A DNA stretch of 64,000 bases from the human T2T-CHM13v2.0 reference genome, Homo sapiens: the NCBI RefSeq assembly GCF_009914755.1, contig NC_060935.1; one strand, written 5' to 3'. This document shows positions 44,323 to 57,727 of the stretch, piece after piece. The translations under genes were made by a program, and so were the position numbers. The notes under the pieces were generated by a model, which was given only the letters and a program-made list of their open reading frames with translations, had not been told where the DNA came from and ran no database searches. Each line of letters opens with the position of its first letter. Within the stretch, counting starts at the first letter, position 1.

Positions 44323-47300
44323 GTAAGGGAATGGTCTTTTTATTCAGTCTTTTTAATGCCATTAAATGTTTCCTGAAAATCAAAATGATTCCCCAAAATC
44401 ATGTTAATGGTCTCAGAGCTAAACATATTTGTATTCTGGAAGGTTCTTAAATCAATCAGCTATGTTTCTGTGTTGTTTCAAGCAATAAGGGATATGTTTT
44501 AGATACTGGAAGGATGGTAATGATATTACTTTGCCCCCAAGTCCTACCCACCCTTCTTCCTCAGCATAATCTAGTGAACAGCTATGAAAATCACTATAGC
44601 TGAGATTATTTTTGTATGCCAGGGGAATTAAAGATAATCTGATTCAACAAACATTTGTAAAGTTCTACATGAAGTCGCTTAGTGCTGGAGGATGTATGGA
44701 AGTGGGCGAGACCTGGCTCCTGCCCTTAAGGAGCAGGGAGACTTAATGCAGGTGCAGTGGCACACAACATAGGAAAGTGCTGTAAAAGGCAGTGTGTGTT
44801 AGGGGGTCAGCAGAGGGAGGGTTTGCTTCGAAGGGGCATCTGGAAAGAGTGAGCAGAGGAAGGATGTTAAAAATAATAGCTGTCTCTTTGAATACCCTCC
44901 CTTGTGGCAGCTGCTATGCGAGTTACTTCACCTAGATTTTCTCACTTTCTGTTCTCATTGGGGCAGTGTTTACTCAGATCTAAACCACAGGAAAGGAAAC
45001 TGAGGCTCAGAAAAATGAAATAACCTGCTCGGCATCACAGAACAAGTGCTTAGGTGGCCCGGATATTAATCTAGATCTGTCTGACTTTGAACCTGTGTTC
45101 TTAACTATATGACACGTGAAGATTTCAGCAGAGGGAGAAGAAGGTGTGTGTATTCCAGAAAGAGAGGGCAGCATGAGCGAAAGAATGGAGGTGAAAAGTA
45201 CCAAGTGTGCTTGAAAAATGAGTTCAGATTGCCTGGGGTGCTGACACCCATGGAAGAGTTAAGGGAATTGGAAAGGTGTATTGATCCGGAGACTAAGGCC
45301 TTGAATGACAGGGAAGGAGATAGTACACACTCTGATCAGCTGTGGGGTGCTGATGAAGATTTCTGAGCTAAGGAGTAATATCATTGGAACTGCCCATTTT
45401 TAGGAAGCTTAATTGGTCAGCAGTGTCTAGGATGGGAGCAGACAGGAAGTGGCAGGACTGGTGAGGAGGCTCTGTGGCGTCCCAGGCATTGGGAACCCAA
45501 ACAAAAGCTATAAAGAGAGTGGGGGAAGGGGAAAGGGTATGAAGGTGAGAGATTAGGTGGTAGAAATTTTAGTATTTGGCAGCATACTGAGCATGGAAGG
45601 CAGGAAAGGTCATCTCCTATGGGTTTGCTTTCCTAGCTCATGTCCGTGTTGCCTAAGTCCCTGACACCTGGCTCATGGTCTTCCTCTCCTGCTCAGCTCT
45701 TGTCTTTATCCAGTTGACTTTTGCTTCCAGGATGATGGTCCTGACCTTGTATTGTCTTGCTCGGCCGGCATATCCTCACAGACACAACTTTGTCTAGGAA
45801 TGACGATGGTCACTCTCTGCAATCTTGTTTTTCAAAGTGACAATTTTAACCAAGATTCTTTTCCTTTGCACCTCTCCCCTTCCCTCCCTGTGGGCTCCGT
45901 CCTCATCTGCTCAACAGCTTGCTTCATCTGTTTTGCCGCATCCTCTTTATGTGGACTCCAGAGTTTTCTGTTCTCAGCTCTTTCTCCCTCTCTCCAGGTG
46001 AGGAATAAATCATAGAGGACAGGAGTGAAAACCACTGCAGGTGTCCAGGCGAGAGCTGAAGGTACTAAAAGTGGACATTCAGAGAAGTGAACAGATTTGG
46101 GATATTTCAGGGCACAGAGTCAACGGCGCAAGATAATGATTCTGTGTGTAGCCAGGGAAGGAAGCGGGGCTCAGAGGAATCAAGGATGACTCCTAGGTGC
46201 TGGCTTGAGCATTGGTTGTGGTGCCATTTGTTGAGATGCAGAAGGTGCAGGTCAAAGAGGATAAGTGGGGTTGGGATGGGAACAGGGGAGATGGAACTGG
46301 GAGTTTGGTTGTAGACGTGTTAGGTGTGAGATGTCTACTAGACATCCACGTGGATCTCAGAAGACATAAACTCAGGAATCATCAACATATAGGTGACATT
46401 TAGAGCTAAGGGAATAGGTGAGAATAACCAGGTGGGTTTAGCTAGAGAGAAAAGGGAAACTGAGCCCTGGGGAATCCACATATGGGAAGAGTGAGAGTGA
46501 GTAGAGGACACTGACCAGGAGCAGCCAGGGAGATGGGAGGAGAGTGTGGGGTTCAGAATGCAAGCAAGGACAGCAGATCTCACGGGAGGGAGAGAACTGC
46601 GTGTCGATTTATATTCCCAAGAGGCAGGGCATGACAGGGTAGAGATTAAGGGGATTGGAGGTTGTGACCTTAGCAGGAGTGGTTTTGCAACCAAATGGGC
46701 TGAGAAGAAGAACAAGGTGTGGGGAAGCAGTGACAGCAAAAGAGAGGAAATCTTCTGAGGCAGTTGCTGGAGGGGCTGTATGGCATTCCAGGCATTGAGA
46801 ACCCAAACAAAAGCTAGAAAGCTTGAATTGGTGTGTGTTTGAATATTGAGAGGATGCTGTCATGGAGAGGGAGAAGCTGACAATGCAGAAGAGAGAGGCA
46901 GGAATTGTAGGTGCAAAATCTGTCAATGAATGAGGCAATGGGATCTGGTGCACGGGTGAAGGGGTCCGCAGGGACAGCTGGTCCTTTCTAATGAGGAGAA
47001 AGTGGAGTACGGGGGACACTTGGTGATGGAAGCTTGCGGACGCTGTCTCCGATTGTTTCTGCTCTCTTGGGTATAATGAAATGAAGTCGGCAGCTGAAAT
47101 CGAGGTGTGTGGGGTGGATTTCAGCTGGGGTGTGTGGTAATACACACGGAGAATGGCAGAGCAAACTGCCCAAAAAGTGCCGGAAGATTGACAGGGCTCC
47201 GCTTCTCCTTAATCCTCATGGCTGTGTCCACACCACTTCTTCTCTTTTTCAATCCCAGGTCCTTTGAAGCTCCCCTTCCTCGCTGCAGTCACCTCAGGGC

Positions 47301-49740
47301 CCCAAGAGGCCCCCATCACTCACTGGAGATTTATGCACCTGGCTCAGTGTCTCTTCCTCTCTAACACTTCTGTTCCGGCCATCTGCCACTTTGGCCTGTC
47401 AGTTCCATGACAGTTCTATGATGGTCACTGTCTATAGTCTTATTCTCAAAATGACATTTTTAGCCAAGACTCGCTTCCTTCACTCCTCAAGGCCACCCCA
47501 GGCCTTGAGGTACTTGGGACGGGCATGAAAAGGAGAGCTGGCTTCATGGTGAGCAGCTGTGAATGGAGTGTCAGGAGGACCGGGTGAGGCTAAGGGACTT
47601 TGCTGGTGGCAGTTGATGGGAGCAGTGGACGGGGTCAGGGGCTAGGACAGGAGAGAGAGATCCTATCAGGTTAGACTCATGGAGGCTTTTCGGAGTGAGA
47701 GTCTGGGAGGTGAGGGATGGCCCCGGAGGCTCAGCTGTCACTCAAGAGAGTCGAGATTCAAACTCTGTTTGGCCAGGCTCCAAGGCTGCCACCCTCTGAC
47801 CCTTCCAGCCTCACTCCTTTGTCTCCTTCAAATCCACTCAGTCCTCTCAGTTCCCTTCCACAGTCACTCACAAATCCATTTCCTTTTGTCCATCCCATCA
47901 TTCTCTCCCACTTGGACCATGGCAGTAGCTTCCAAAGTGACTCAACCTCCCGTTAATGTGCCTTCTACATTGTAATTAGAGTCATTGTAATAAAACGTAG
48001 ATTCTGATCTTACATTGACTCCATTTTAGAAAAATACTTGCTGGCTCCCATCATTCACAGAATAAAATCCAAACTCCTGTCTTCACAGCAGGTGCACCCA
48101 GCAAGCCTTCAGGACTGCACAGCTTGGTCTCAGGCTGCTTTTCCAGCCGTGTGGCCTGCGTTTCTCTCCTTCATATCTAAAGCCACATAGGGGTTTTCAT
48201 CCTGCATGTTCCCTCTTCCTTGAAGCCTTCCTTGGCGCCTGAGGCACAGCCCTCTGTCTCCCTTGGTTCCAGGAGCTCCCATTGCCCTCCTCACATTGGG
48301 CCATAACAGTTGTTGTCTGTCTCTCTCCCTCATGAGCTCTTTAAAAGCAAGTGCCGCATCTCATTCATCTTGGAAGATCTAGCTCCAGTTCCTTCCTGGT
48401 TCTATTCTTGTGAAGGCAAAGGAACCACCCTTCACCAGATGCCTCTGCTAGGTGCCGAGAGAGGCATGTGGTTAGGAGACACCATAGCACTTGAGAGAAG
48501 AGCCTTTGAAATAAGGTAACCCAGGCCCAGCCCCTGCTCTTCCACTTTCTAGTTATGGAGCTTGGAGTCAAGTTAATTAGCCTCTCTGACCTTCATTTTC
48601 CCCACCTGTAAAATGGTAGTATAAAAACACCTCCCTAAGAGAGCTACATAGGAGATTAAAAGAGATAATTGTTGCCTGTAAAGGGCTTGGTGCAGTCCTG
48701 GGGCACCTGTTAAGCACATAGTAAGTGGCAGCTGAATCTCTCCGTCGGTATTCCAGCAACACCCGACAATATCCCACGGGCATCCCTGTGATATGTGTCA
48801 TCATCCCCTTAAACTCCACACAGCTCAAACAATAAATTACCTTCTGCCTTCTAACAATGCCTCTCCTCTCCAGTCCCCTTTCCATCTTCATTAGTTGCAC
48901 CCTCTTCTCTGTATTATATGGGTTCTTCTCAACCTTCAAATCTCCTTTCTTCTTCATTTCTCTCCTGTAGTCCTCTGGCCTCACGGATAAAGGAGATTCA
49001 GCTCCCACTTACTATGTGCTTAACAGGTGCCCCAGGACTGGGGACACTGATGGGATATCAAGGGTGTGATAGGATATCCTAGGAAGGTTAAGAAAGGTGT
49101 TGGGAATTCAAGCCTAGAACTCTGGAGAGAGAATCAAGGTAACGCTATAGACTTGAGGATTCTGTAGATAGAGATTAGAATTAAAATCCTGGGGAAAATA
49201 TGAGTGCCTGGTGAAGGAACGTAGCTAGTGGATGGAAGAGGAAAGCAAGAGGATGTCCTCTGGGAAATATGTCCACCCCAGGAGCTGATGAGGACGAAGA
49301 TAAGGCCAATGAAGGAGAAGAGGGCAGAGATCTTTAAAATCCCATTTTCTCCCAGTAGTTTCAAGATCAGCCTACAATGTTCATCTGAGGTCAGGACTTT
49401 GAATAGAGAGTCACAGTGTTGAATACTTTGTCTCTCTGAAGGGAGAGTTTCTGCATTCTGTGTGTTCCAGAGCCTTCTAAATCACTAATTCTAGGGCCAA
49501 GACTGGAGCATGCAGTGCCCACGTGACTCACCCCATCACCTCTGGGTGACAAGGCAGCATTTGACTTAGGCAGCTAGAGGTTTGCATCTGGTCCATTTGC
49601 AGGGTCTGGAGTGAGAGGCACTTCAGAGTTGTTATCCAGCTGATGGAATAGGGAAAATTCACCCCAAGGAGAAGCATACCAGAGCAGGAAGTGGTTTGCT
49701 TTACATGGCCACCAGACATTTATCTGAAAAGATGCCACTT

Positions 49741-50023
49741 GGCTGGGCGCAGTGGCTCACACCTATAATCCCAGCACTTTGGGAGGCTGAGGTGGGTGGA
49801 TCACCTGAGGTCAGGAGTTTGAGACCAGCCTGGCTAACACGGAGAAACCCCGTCTCTACTAAAAATAAAAAAATTAGCTGGGCATGGTGGTGGGTGCGTG
49901 TAATCCCAGCTACTTGGGAGGCTGATGCACAAGAATGGCTTGAAACTGGGAAGCAGAGGTTGCAGTGAGCCGAGATCGTGCCATTACTCCAGGCTGGGGG
50001 ACACAGTGAGATTCTGCCTCAAA

Positions 50024-50055
<32 letters not shown>

Positions 50056-50060
50056 AAAAA
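49741..50060 (+). mobile_element. Alu (AluS-like)
   Basis: Dimeric Alu, long A tail, TSD ending gccactt. Confidence 0.95.
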
Positions 50061-50844
50061 GCCACTTAAAGAAATAGGCTGACCCTCTGGTAAAGAGGAC
50101 TCATGCTCATTCACTTTTTTAACAGATATTTATTGAGCACCTACTATGTGCAGGGCACTGCTCTGGGCACTGGAGATAGAGCAGTGAATGAAGTGGACAA
50201 AAATCCCTGCCCTCATGGAGCTTATGTTCTAGGGTGGGCAGATCAAAGAAACTAAATAAATAAGTAACATGTTTGACGCTAATTAGTGCTATGGAGAAAA
50301 TTGGGCAGGGAAGGGCTAGGGCATGTTGAGAAGATAGTGGTTGCAATTTTAAATTGTTGGGGGGTCAAGAAGAGAATCACTGAGGAAGTAACCCTTGAGT
50401 GACCACCTGAAGAAAGGGAGGGAGGCAAGGGTCCCTGAGGATATCTGGGGGCCAGGTTCCAGGCAGGGAGAAGACAGTCTGACACCTAGCATCGAGGTCA
50501 TTGAGGGAGCAGAGTCGTAGCTGTGAGGTCAGAGGCACAGAAGAGCGGCCATGGTCACTAGGGCCTCACGGGCTGGGACCCCACTGGGAAGAGAAGCCAC
50601 AGGAGGGTTTGGTGGGAGAACCACGTGGACTGAGCACTAGCCATCCACTGGACCCTGGGAGGACTCTCCCCTGCATCCAGTCACCCCAGTTATGAGCTCT
50701 AATATTTGAGACATAGGTGACGGCCACAAAAACAAACTGGAAACACTTGAATGGATGCCTTCTCCTTTCAACATTTGCTGTACGTGAGAATAATTTATTT
50801 TGTATTAGATTATTTGGACTGTTTGACTTCATTCCTTCTGACAA

Positions 50845-50846
<2 letters not shown>

Positions 50847-50877
<31 letters not shown>
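50847..50877 (+). repeat. (TG)n microsatellite, ~15 units
   Basis: Direct reading. Confidence 0.97.
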
Positions 50878-50879
<2 letters not shown>

Positions 50880-52782
50880 ACGCTTGCACATAAGCACACA
50901 CTTCTATTCATGTGTGTTAACTCGGAACCGACTTTAACTGTTTATTTCAGAGAAGTGACTTTTCATAGAAACGTTTGACCTCTCTGGGTCTCAGTTTCCT
51001 CATCAGCATATTGGGGATGAGAAAAGCATGCAGGCTAAGGACCTATCACAGCGCCTAACACACAGTAGGCACTCGGGAAATGGGTTTTCCTATCAGTCCT
51101 CTACTGAAATTCTTGCAATTTAAATAACCCTTCATTCCTTTTCACCTTTAGGCATGACTTTGTACTTTTAGGTAATTACGCCAATGAACACAACATTGAG
51201 TTTGGATGACTTCAGTTGACCTAACTTTACTCTTGTTTTGACTGTTAAATGAATTTATTAATGTGTCCAAGATAAAATCTGTTCTGTTTATGTAAATGAA
51301 GGTGAGGGGATTTTACATACTGCACCAAGAAGAAGCACCTCCACTAAAACAATAAAACTGGGTAAAAGCTGAACATTCTTGCTAATAAAAAAAAGCATGT
51401 ATTTATTTAGGGTATACACTGATATACTGTACATTTTTCTCCATCAGGATAAAATAATGATAAAGAGGCATACAGATATTTTTCACAGAAGCTATAAGCT
51501 CTATGTTAATGACAGAATACTCACATATAAATACTGAATTACTAAAAGCAGGAGCAATTAAGTGTTTAATGTCAACAGAAACATATTATCTAATGAGCTG
51601 TTTTCAGAAGTTAATAATGTGATTAATCACCGATTGATAAAAACTGTGGAGAAGAAGCTCTTCTGTACTAATAGTATTCTGAGCCTAAGGGCAGCCAAAT
51701 GAGAGGTAGATCTTGGCTAATGAGGAACCACTTGATGTCAGGGCTTGGTTGAAATCAGAGAGGAAGACTGGCTGGCTCCTCAGGCAGGTCTCACCACGTG
51801 GCACTTACTGGTGGAATGTTCATATTCTAGGGTCTGGGCCTCAGTTTTGCCTAGTAGCCCCCAAGTTCAGCAGGATCAGGAGGACCAACTCATGCTAACC
51901 AGGCTTACAAGAGTTTGATGTATAAACTAGATTGCCAATATATTAATTTAAACTACAGACCAAACCTACCATGGAGAAGGAACTTCTCCTTTTAACTTGT
52001 CAATACTTTTTCCTGTCTCAAGTAAATCATAGGATGAGCTTTGGCAAATGTATACACCCATGTAACCCAACTCTCTATCATACTACAGAGCATGACCATC
52101 ACCCTGTTGCCCTTTCCAGTTAATTCATCCCAGCCCCCTTGCCCTGAGACACCTACTGTTTTAATAGCACATTCTTCCTGCTGCCACTCACTTTGGTTGC
52201 TCTTCTTTACTCTGGTTCTGAGAACAGCCTGAGTCTTTTGACTAGACCGAGGCATTTCCAAGCTCCCAGCCAGCTATTCTGGGGGAGATCCATCTGCTCA
52301 TGTTACATTTTACTCGTTGCTCACTCTCAGGGTGACTACACTACAATATTGAGAGTCATTTCTCTGTGGCTTTTGCCTCTTGATTCCAGCACACATTTCT
52401 AATCTGCACATTTCTCAGCTTCACTTTTCTTTTGACTTGTGGATGTCACCCCTGGGGAAAATTGTTACTGATCCATCTTTTTCTCCTCTTCCTCTCAGTA
52501 GTAGTGAACTCTAGCATTTACTGAGCAACTACTAGAGACCACACCAAAAACACTACAAAGTGACAGCCCATTTTACAGATGAGGAAACTGAGACTCAGGG
52601 AGCTTAAGCCACTTGCCCAAGGTCACACAGCTGCGGAGGTGGAGGCTTTCTAACCCCAAACCCTCTTAACCTCCCACGTCCTTCTGTCCAGGACTTGGGA
52701 CTGGGGTGGGGGGTTATGTCTGGGTTGCTTTCCTCTTCCCAGTGTTGCTTGTCATGTCCCTCCTGCTGGCTCTTTCCCACAG

Positions 52783-52946
52783 CCGTGGTGAAGAACCCGC
52801 CCAATAACCTGTGGATCATCGCTGCAGTGCTGGCGCCCATTGCCGTGGTCACGGTCATCATCATCATCATCACTGCCGTGCTCTGCAGGAAGAACAAGAA
52901 CGACTTCAAGCCTGACACCATGATAAACCTGCCGCAGAGAGCAAAG
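52783..52946 (+). CDS. KIAA1549L: KIAA1549L transmembrane exon (164 nt, phase 1-0), PVVKNPPNN-LWIIAAVLAPIAVVTVIIIIITAVL-CRKNKN...RAK
   Basis: tctttcccacAG acceptor; AAG|GTATAT donor; ~25-residue hydrophobic run followed by basic stop-transfer residues. Confidence 0.95.
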
Positions 52947-53370
52947 GTATATGGAAGTGGTGGGGAGAGGGGCAGGAGGACAGGCCTGCAGGAGCTCAGC
53001 CTGCCTTTCCCTCTTGCCTTTTGAGGCCATTGCCAGAGCCTGCAGAAACATCAGGGCAGGTCCTCATTTTGAAGGAGATCCTTCCTTTTAGTCTCAGGAC
53101 CTGATGGTTTGTGGTTATCTGATGCCCATTCGGCCATCAGTGCTTCCAAGTGTTTTATATACAGCAGCTCTCTAATTCTCACAGCTGCCCTTGGAGGAAG
53201 TACTATTATTTTACAGATGAGGAAACCGAGGCATAGAAAACTACAAGCTAAAGAGACATGAAAGGGATTTTAGAGATAATGTAATCAGACTCCCTCCTTT
53301 CACCCATGAAAAGTAACTCTTTCAAGGTCATATGGTTGGTAAGTAGCAGAACTGATGGTAGAATAAGGTC

Positions 53371-53716
53371 TGCTATGTTCTGAACGTTGTGGTCCACAGA
53401 TTTATATGTTGAAATTCTGACCCCCAATATGATGGTATTAGGAGATAGGGCCTTTGGGAGGAGATTAGGTCATGAGGGTGAAACCTCCAGGAATGAGATT
53501 AATGCCCTTAGAAAGGAGGCCCTAGAGAGCTCTCTTCCATGTGAAGACACAAGACATTGGCAGCCTGCAGCCCAGAAGAGGTCCCTCACCTCTGACCATC
53601 CTGGCACCTTGATCTTGGACTTCTCAGCCTCCAGAGTTGTGAGAAATAAACTTCTGTCATTTACAGGCCACCCAGTCTGTGATATTTTGTTACAACAGCC
53701 CGAACTGACTTAGACA
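53371..53716 (+). mobile_element. MLT1A-like solo LTR
   Basis: tgctatgttctgaac...gtgagaaataaacttctg...gatattttgttacaacagcccgaactgacttagaca. Confidence 0.85.
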
Positions 53717-54650
53717 AAGTCTCTTGGCTCCTAATGCAAGGCTCTCTGGAGCACATGCTTGGTTGGAGTGACATCTTCAGAGGCCACCATGATGGAGAAG
53801 CTGCAGGGCTTTGGCTGGGTGGCCAGAAAACCCCCGTTCAGTGGCTCCACTGAAGCCTGTCCTGGGGCCCCATCCACCCACTGCGGCCTCCACATCTCTG
53901 CACCACTCACCTCCAGTGACTGGGAAAGAAATGGACTAGGACATGCTGCAGGATGATTTTCTGGTCACCTTGCTCCCTTCATGATATTCCATGAGGGAAA
54001 TATACTAACTGTCATACCTGATGCTTAAATAATGCCTTACAATTTGCTGGGCTCCTCGAGGACTATCACCTCGTTTGTTCATCACAGCAGCCTTATGAGG
54101 TAGCTCGTAGTCAGGGAAGGTTTTATTATCCTCATTTTACTGCCAAAACACTCAAGGGAAAGAGAGACTTTGGGGTTTGTCCAAAGTCATGCTAGCAGCA
54201 GAGGGGTGACTGAGGCTCACATCTGAGTCTTAGAGCATTTTCGCCATTATACACCTACCTGAACCCTGAGATTTGGCAGGTAGAATCCTCTTCCAGCTCT
54301 GAAGATCTGAGCTTTGTCTACCAGTGCAGGAATGAAATAGTGAGGCAACGCCTCACATTCCAGAGCCATTGGAATGCATGTCGGCCATGGAGATCGTCCT
54401 TGCGGGGGTCACGCATGCCTTAGTTCTTTCTTGATGATCACACCTCACTTCAGCAAAAGAAATCAAAGGATTTTTATTGTTTGTTAAACTGATACACCTG
54501 TTTTGATGCTGCAGCTCGTTTAGATACTGTCTACTGAAGAGCCAAATGCCAAAGCGAGTTGTTCTGTTTCAGTTGACACAAAGGCACCTGCTTCCCAGAC
54601 ACAGCAGGATGTTGGTAATAAGTGTACATTGGGAATTGCCCAAGCAGTGA

Positions 54651-54990
<340 letters not shown>

Positions 54991-56208
54991 GAGTGTGTAT
55001 TTCATCTTCATCTCAGCTTAGTTACAACATGAGCCTTTTAGACATAATGGTAATAACCAGAATCTAACTGTACCCACATCCAGGAATACAAAACATGCCA
55101 TACTGAGATTGTAAGGGGGCATATTTATGTTATAGATTAAACCAAAATTGTACTAATCTGCCAAAATGAGTTGGGCAACACATGATTTCCACATAGCTTC
55201 TGGCTGGAAGGCTGTCTGAAGCTAGGACAGATTAGCGTTTGTGGTTTTCCATAGCTCCTTCTGCGTCCTACTCTGTATATTGGGCTTTGTGAGATACCTG
55301 GCTGACATTGAACATCAAGCAAATTTATGTTCCATGAGTTGATTGAATTCACTTGTGTGCGGTGGAGCTGGTTGTTTTCCCCCTCCATGAGGCTGGGCTA
55401 CATATTTTGATTCCCAAAGCCCTTTTATCATGGGAAACCAGCAGGGTGGAACTGCCTCCTGCTTACTGCAGTTCTTCTGCTGTTACAACCCAGGGACACT
55501 GCAGTGTTGGAGAGAGGAGAGAGCTTCCTGCATCACTTCTCACCACCTTGTGTGTGTGAACAGAATTCAATTATTGTCAAAGGACGAGGCAGAACAAAAA
55601 AGTTAGCCTTCACCGCCAAGCCTTAGACTAGGAGGACAGTCCTGGGGACATCGCTGCATCTTTACAATTCAGGCTACAGTGCCAGAGGGCACTCCCGGGG
55701 ATCCTTCTTGAGACTCAGTAATAAACTTAACATGCTAAGCAGAGGAGGTGAGTGTGGCTTTCCCGGGAGCCGAGACCAGAGTATGGATACCCTTACCCTT
55801 CTTCAGAGACAAGGTACCATGGACTACCCCATTCCCATTGTTATCAGGTGGGCTTCTGCAGGTAGAATGGTGAAAAATGATAAATGCAAGAGGGCCAGCA
55901 TCATGACTTTTGTCACCTCCTTTCTTCCTAGTTCACTTCCCTTTACTCTGTCATTGGATGTACAGCCATTTTTCTAGTTTTTCCCTTCATAGAATTGAAG
56001 AGATCACGTTTCCCTGGAAGAGGCCACCTTAGAAGAGGGTGGATAGGACTATATCCAGATGCAGGATGGAGCTTGGAGGGTCTGTAATCTTTTGCATGAA
56101 CATCTGCTTGGGACAGGCCAGTCACCCCCTAAGAACAGCCAACTGTTTCCTCTTTCCCACTACTATCTGTAGGATACTATCTATAGGATACCTATAGGAT
56201 AACTTACC

Positions 56209-57727
56209 CAGCTCTGTGAGCCTGGGTAAGCTGCTTAACCTCTCTAAACCTCAGTTGCTTCATCTGTAAACTGGGAACTCATGATAATACCTACCTTCTT
56301 GAACTATAGTGAAGATGCAATGAGAAAAGTTATGTACTGTGTTTAGTACTGTGCCATTGATATCAAATGAGGCTGAAACTGAGCCCCTTGAGGGTGAGGA
56401 ACCAGTTATTTAACTTTATATGTTCAGCACCAAAGACAGTCCCTGTCGTTGGAACAACAATAGGAAAGTTACTTAACCTCTGTGCCTCAATTTTTCCATC
56501 TGTAAAATGGAGATATAACAATAATCGTATAGAGTGTTGTGAGGATTAAGTTAATATATATACATCACTTTGAGATATGTCTAGTATATAATAAATACTA
56601 CCTATAAGTTGGCTTTTATTGTTACCCATGCTTTTTTTCTTAAAAGGTCTTGGCAGTGTATCCGCCATTGAAATTACTGGAGATTATTTTGATTTGATAA
56701 TTTTATAAAACGAATTGAAGTAACTATAGCTACTTCATGATATTTTATTATTGGGGTTAGGAGTCACTAATGTGTCTAATGGGCAGTTGATTAATCTCAG
56801 GTAATTTTCCAGTTGAAAGCTAAAAGACCGCTACCCTGGGAGTCAGAAGAGTGAGGGAGTAGTAGTCCTGCGCCACTTAGCTGTGTGATCTTGGGCAAGT
56901 CACTGAACCTCTCTGAGCTTTTGTTTTCTTATCTGTGAAATGAAGGCTGTAATGTTTGCCTTGCTTACCTCACAGGTTTGTTGGAGGATGAGATGAGATA
57001 ACAGTGTTTTGCATGCTGTAAGTACCAAACATACACAGGGATTGTTGTGATTAACAACACAGGTGTAATTAACCTAATAACAATGGGAACCTTTTAAGCT
57101 TGGAATTCCTTAATGTCTCTCTTTGTGTATATCCATCATTGACCCAATCACCTGAAGTATCCAGTGGATAACTTTAACCCTGTGTGAAAGGTAAGGGGCC
57201 AAATCCAGAGGGAGGAGAGAGAAAGTGGGAGATGGGACCAGAGCCAGCTTTCCCTATCATTAGGTTCTTGGGAAGTCTTAGCTGCTGTTGGAGCCTCCCA
57301 CTTCCTCACAGACAGGCCAGGAGTGTTGCATAGGAGCCAGGCCATGTACGGCAGGAGATGCTAACCAAGATAGGAAGCTGCAGAAGGAAAGGAAGGGCTG
57401 TGGGAAGACTCATCAAATCGTGGTTAGATGTTCCAGCTCTGTGTCACATAGTCCTAGGTTCAAATGCTGACTCCATCACAGCTCTGTGAGCCTGCGTAAG
57501 CTGCTTAACCTCTCTGAACCTCAGTTGCTTCATCTGTAAACTGGGAACTCATGATAATACCTACCTTCTTGAACTATAGTGAAGATGCAATGATATAAGT
57601 TGTATACTGTCTTTAGTACTGTGCCATTAATATCAAATGAAGCTGAAACTGAGCCGCTTGAGGGTGAGGAACCAGTTATTTAACTTTATATGTTCAGCAC
57701 CAAGGACAGTCCCTATCGTTGGAACAA
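56209..57727 (+). repeat. 249-bp direct duplication (56209-56457 and 57479-57727)
   Basis: Constant 1270-nt offset, no indels, 12 mismatches by manual count. Confidence 0.97.
57693..57713 (+). promoter_or_regulatory. Candidate RE1/NRSE (REST-binding) element
   Basis: TTCAGCACCAAGGACAGTCCC matches the RE1 core TTCAGCACC-NN-GGACAG exactly. Confidence 0.7.
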
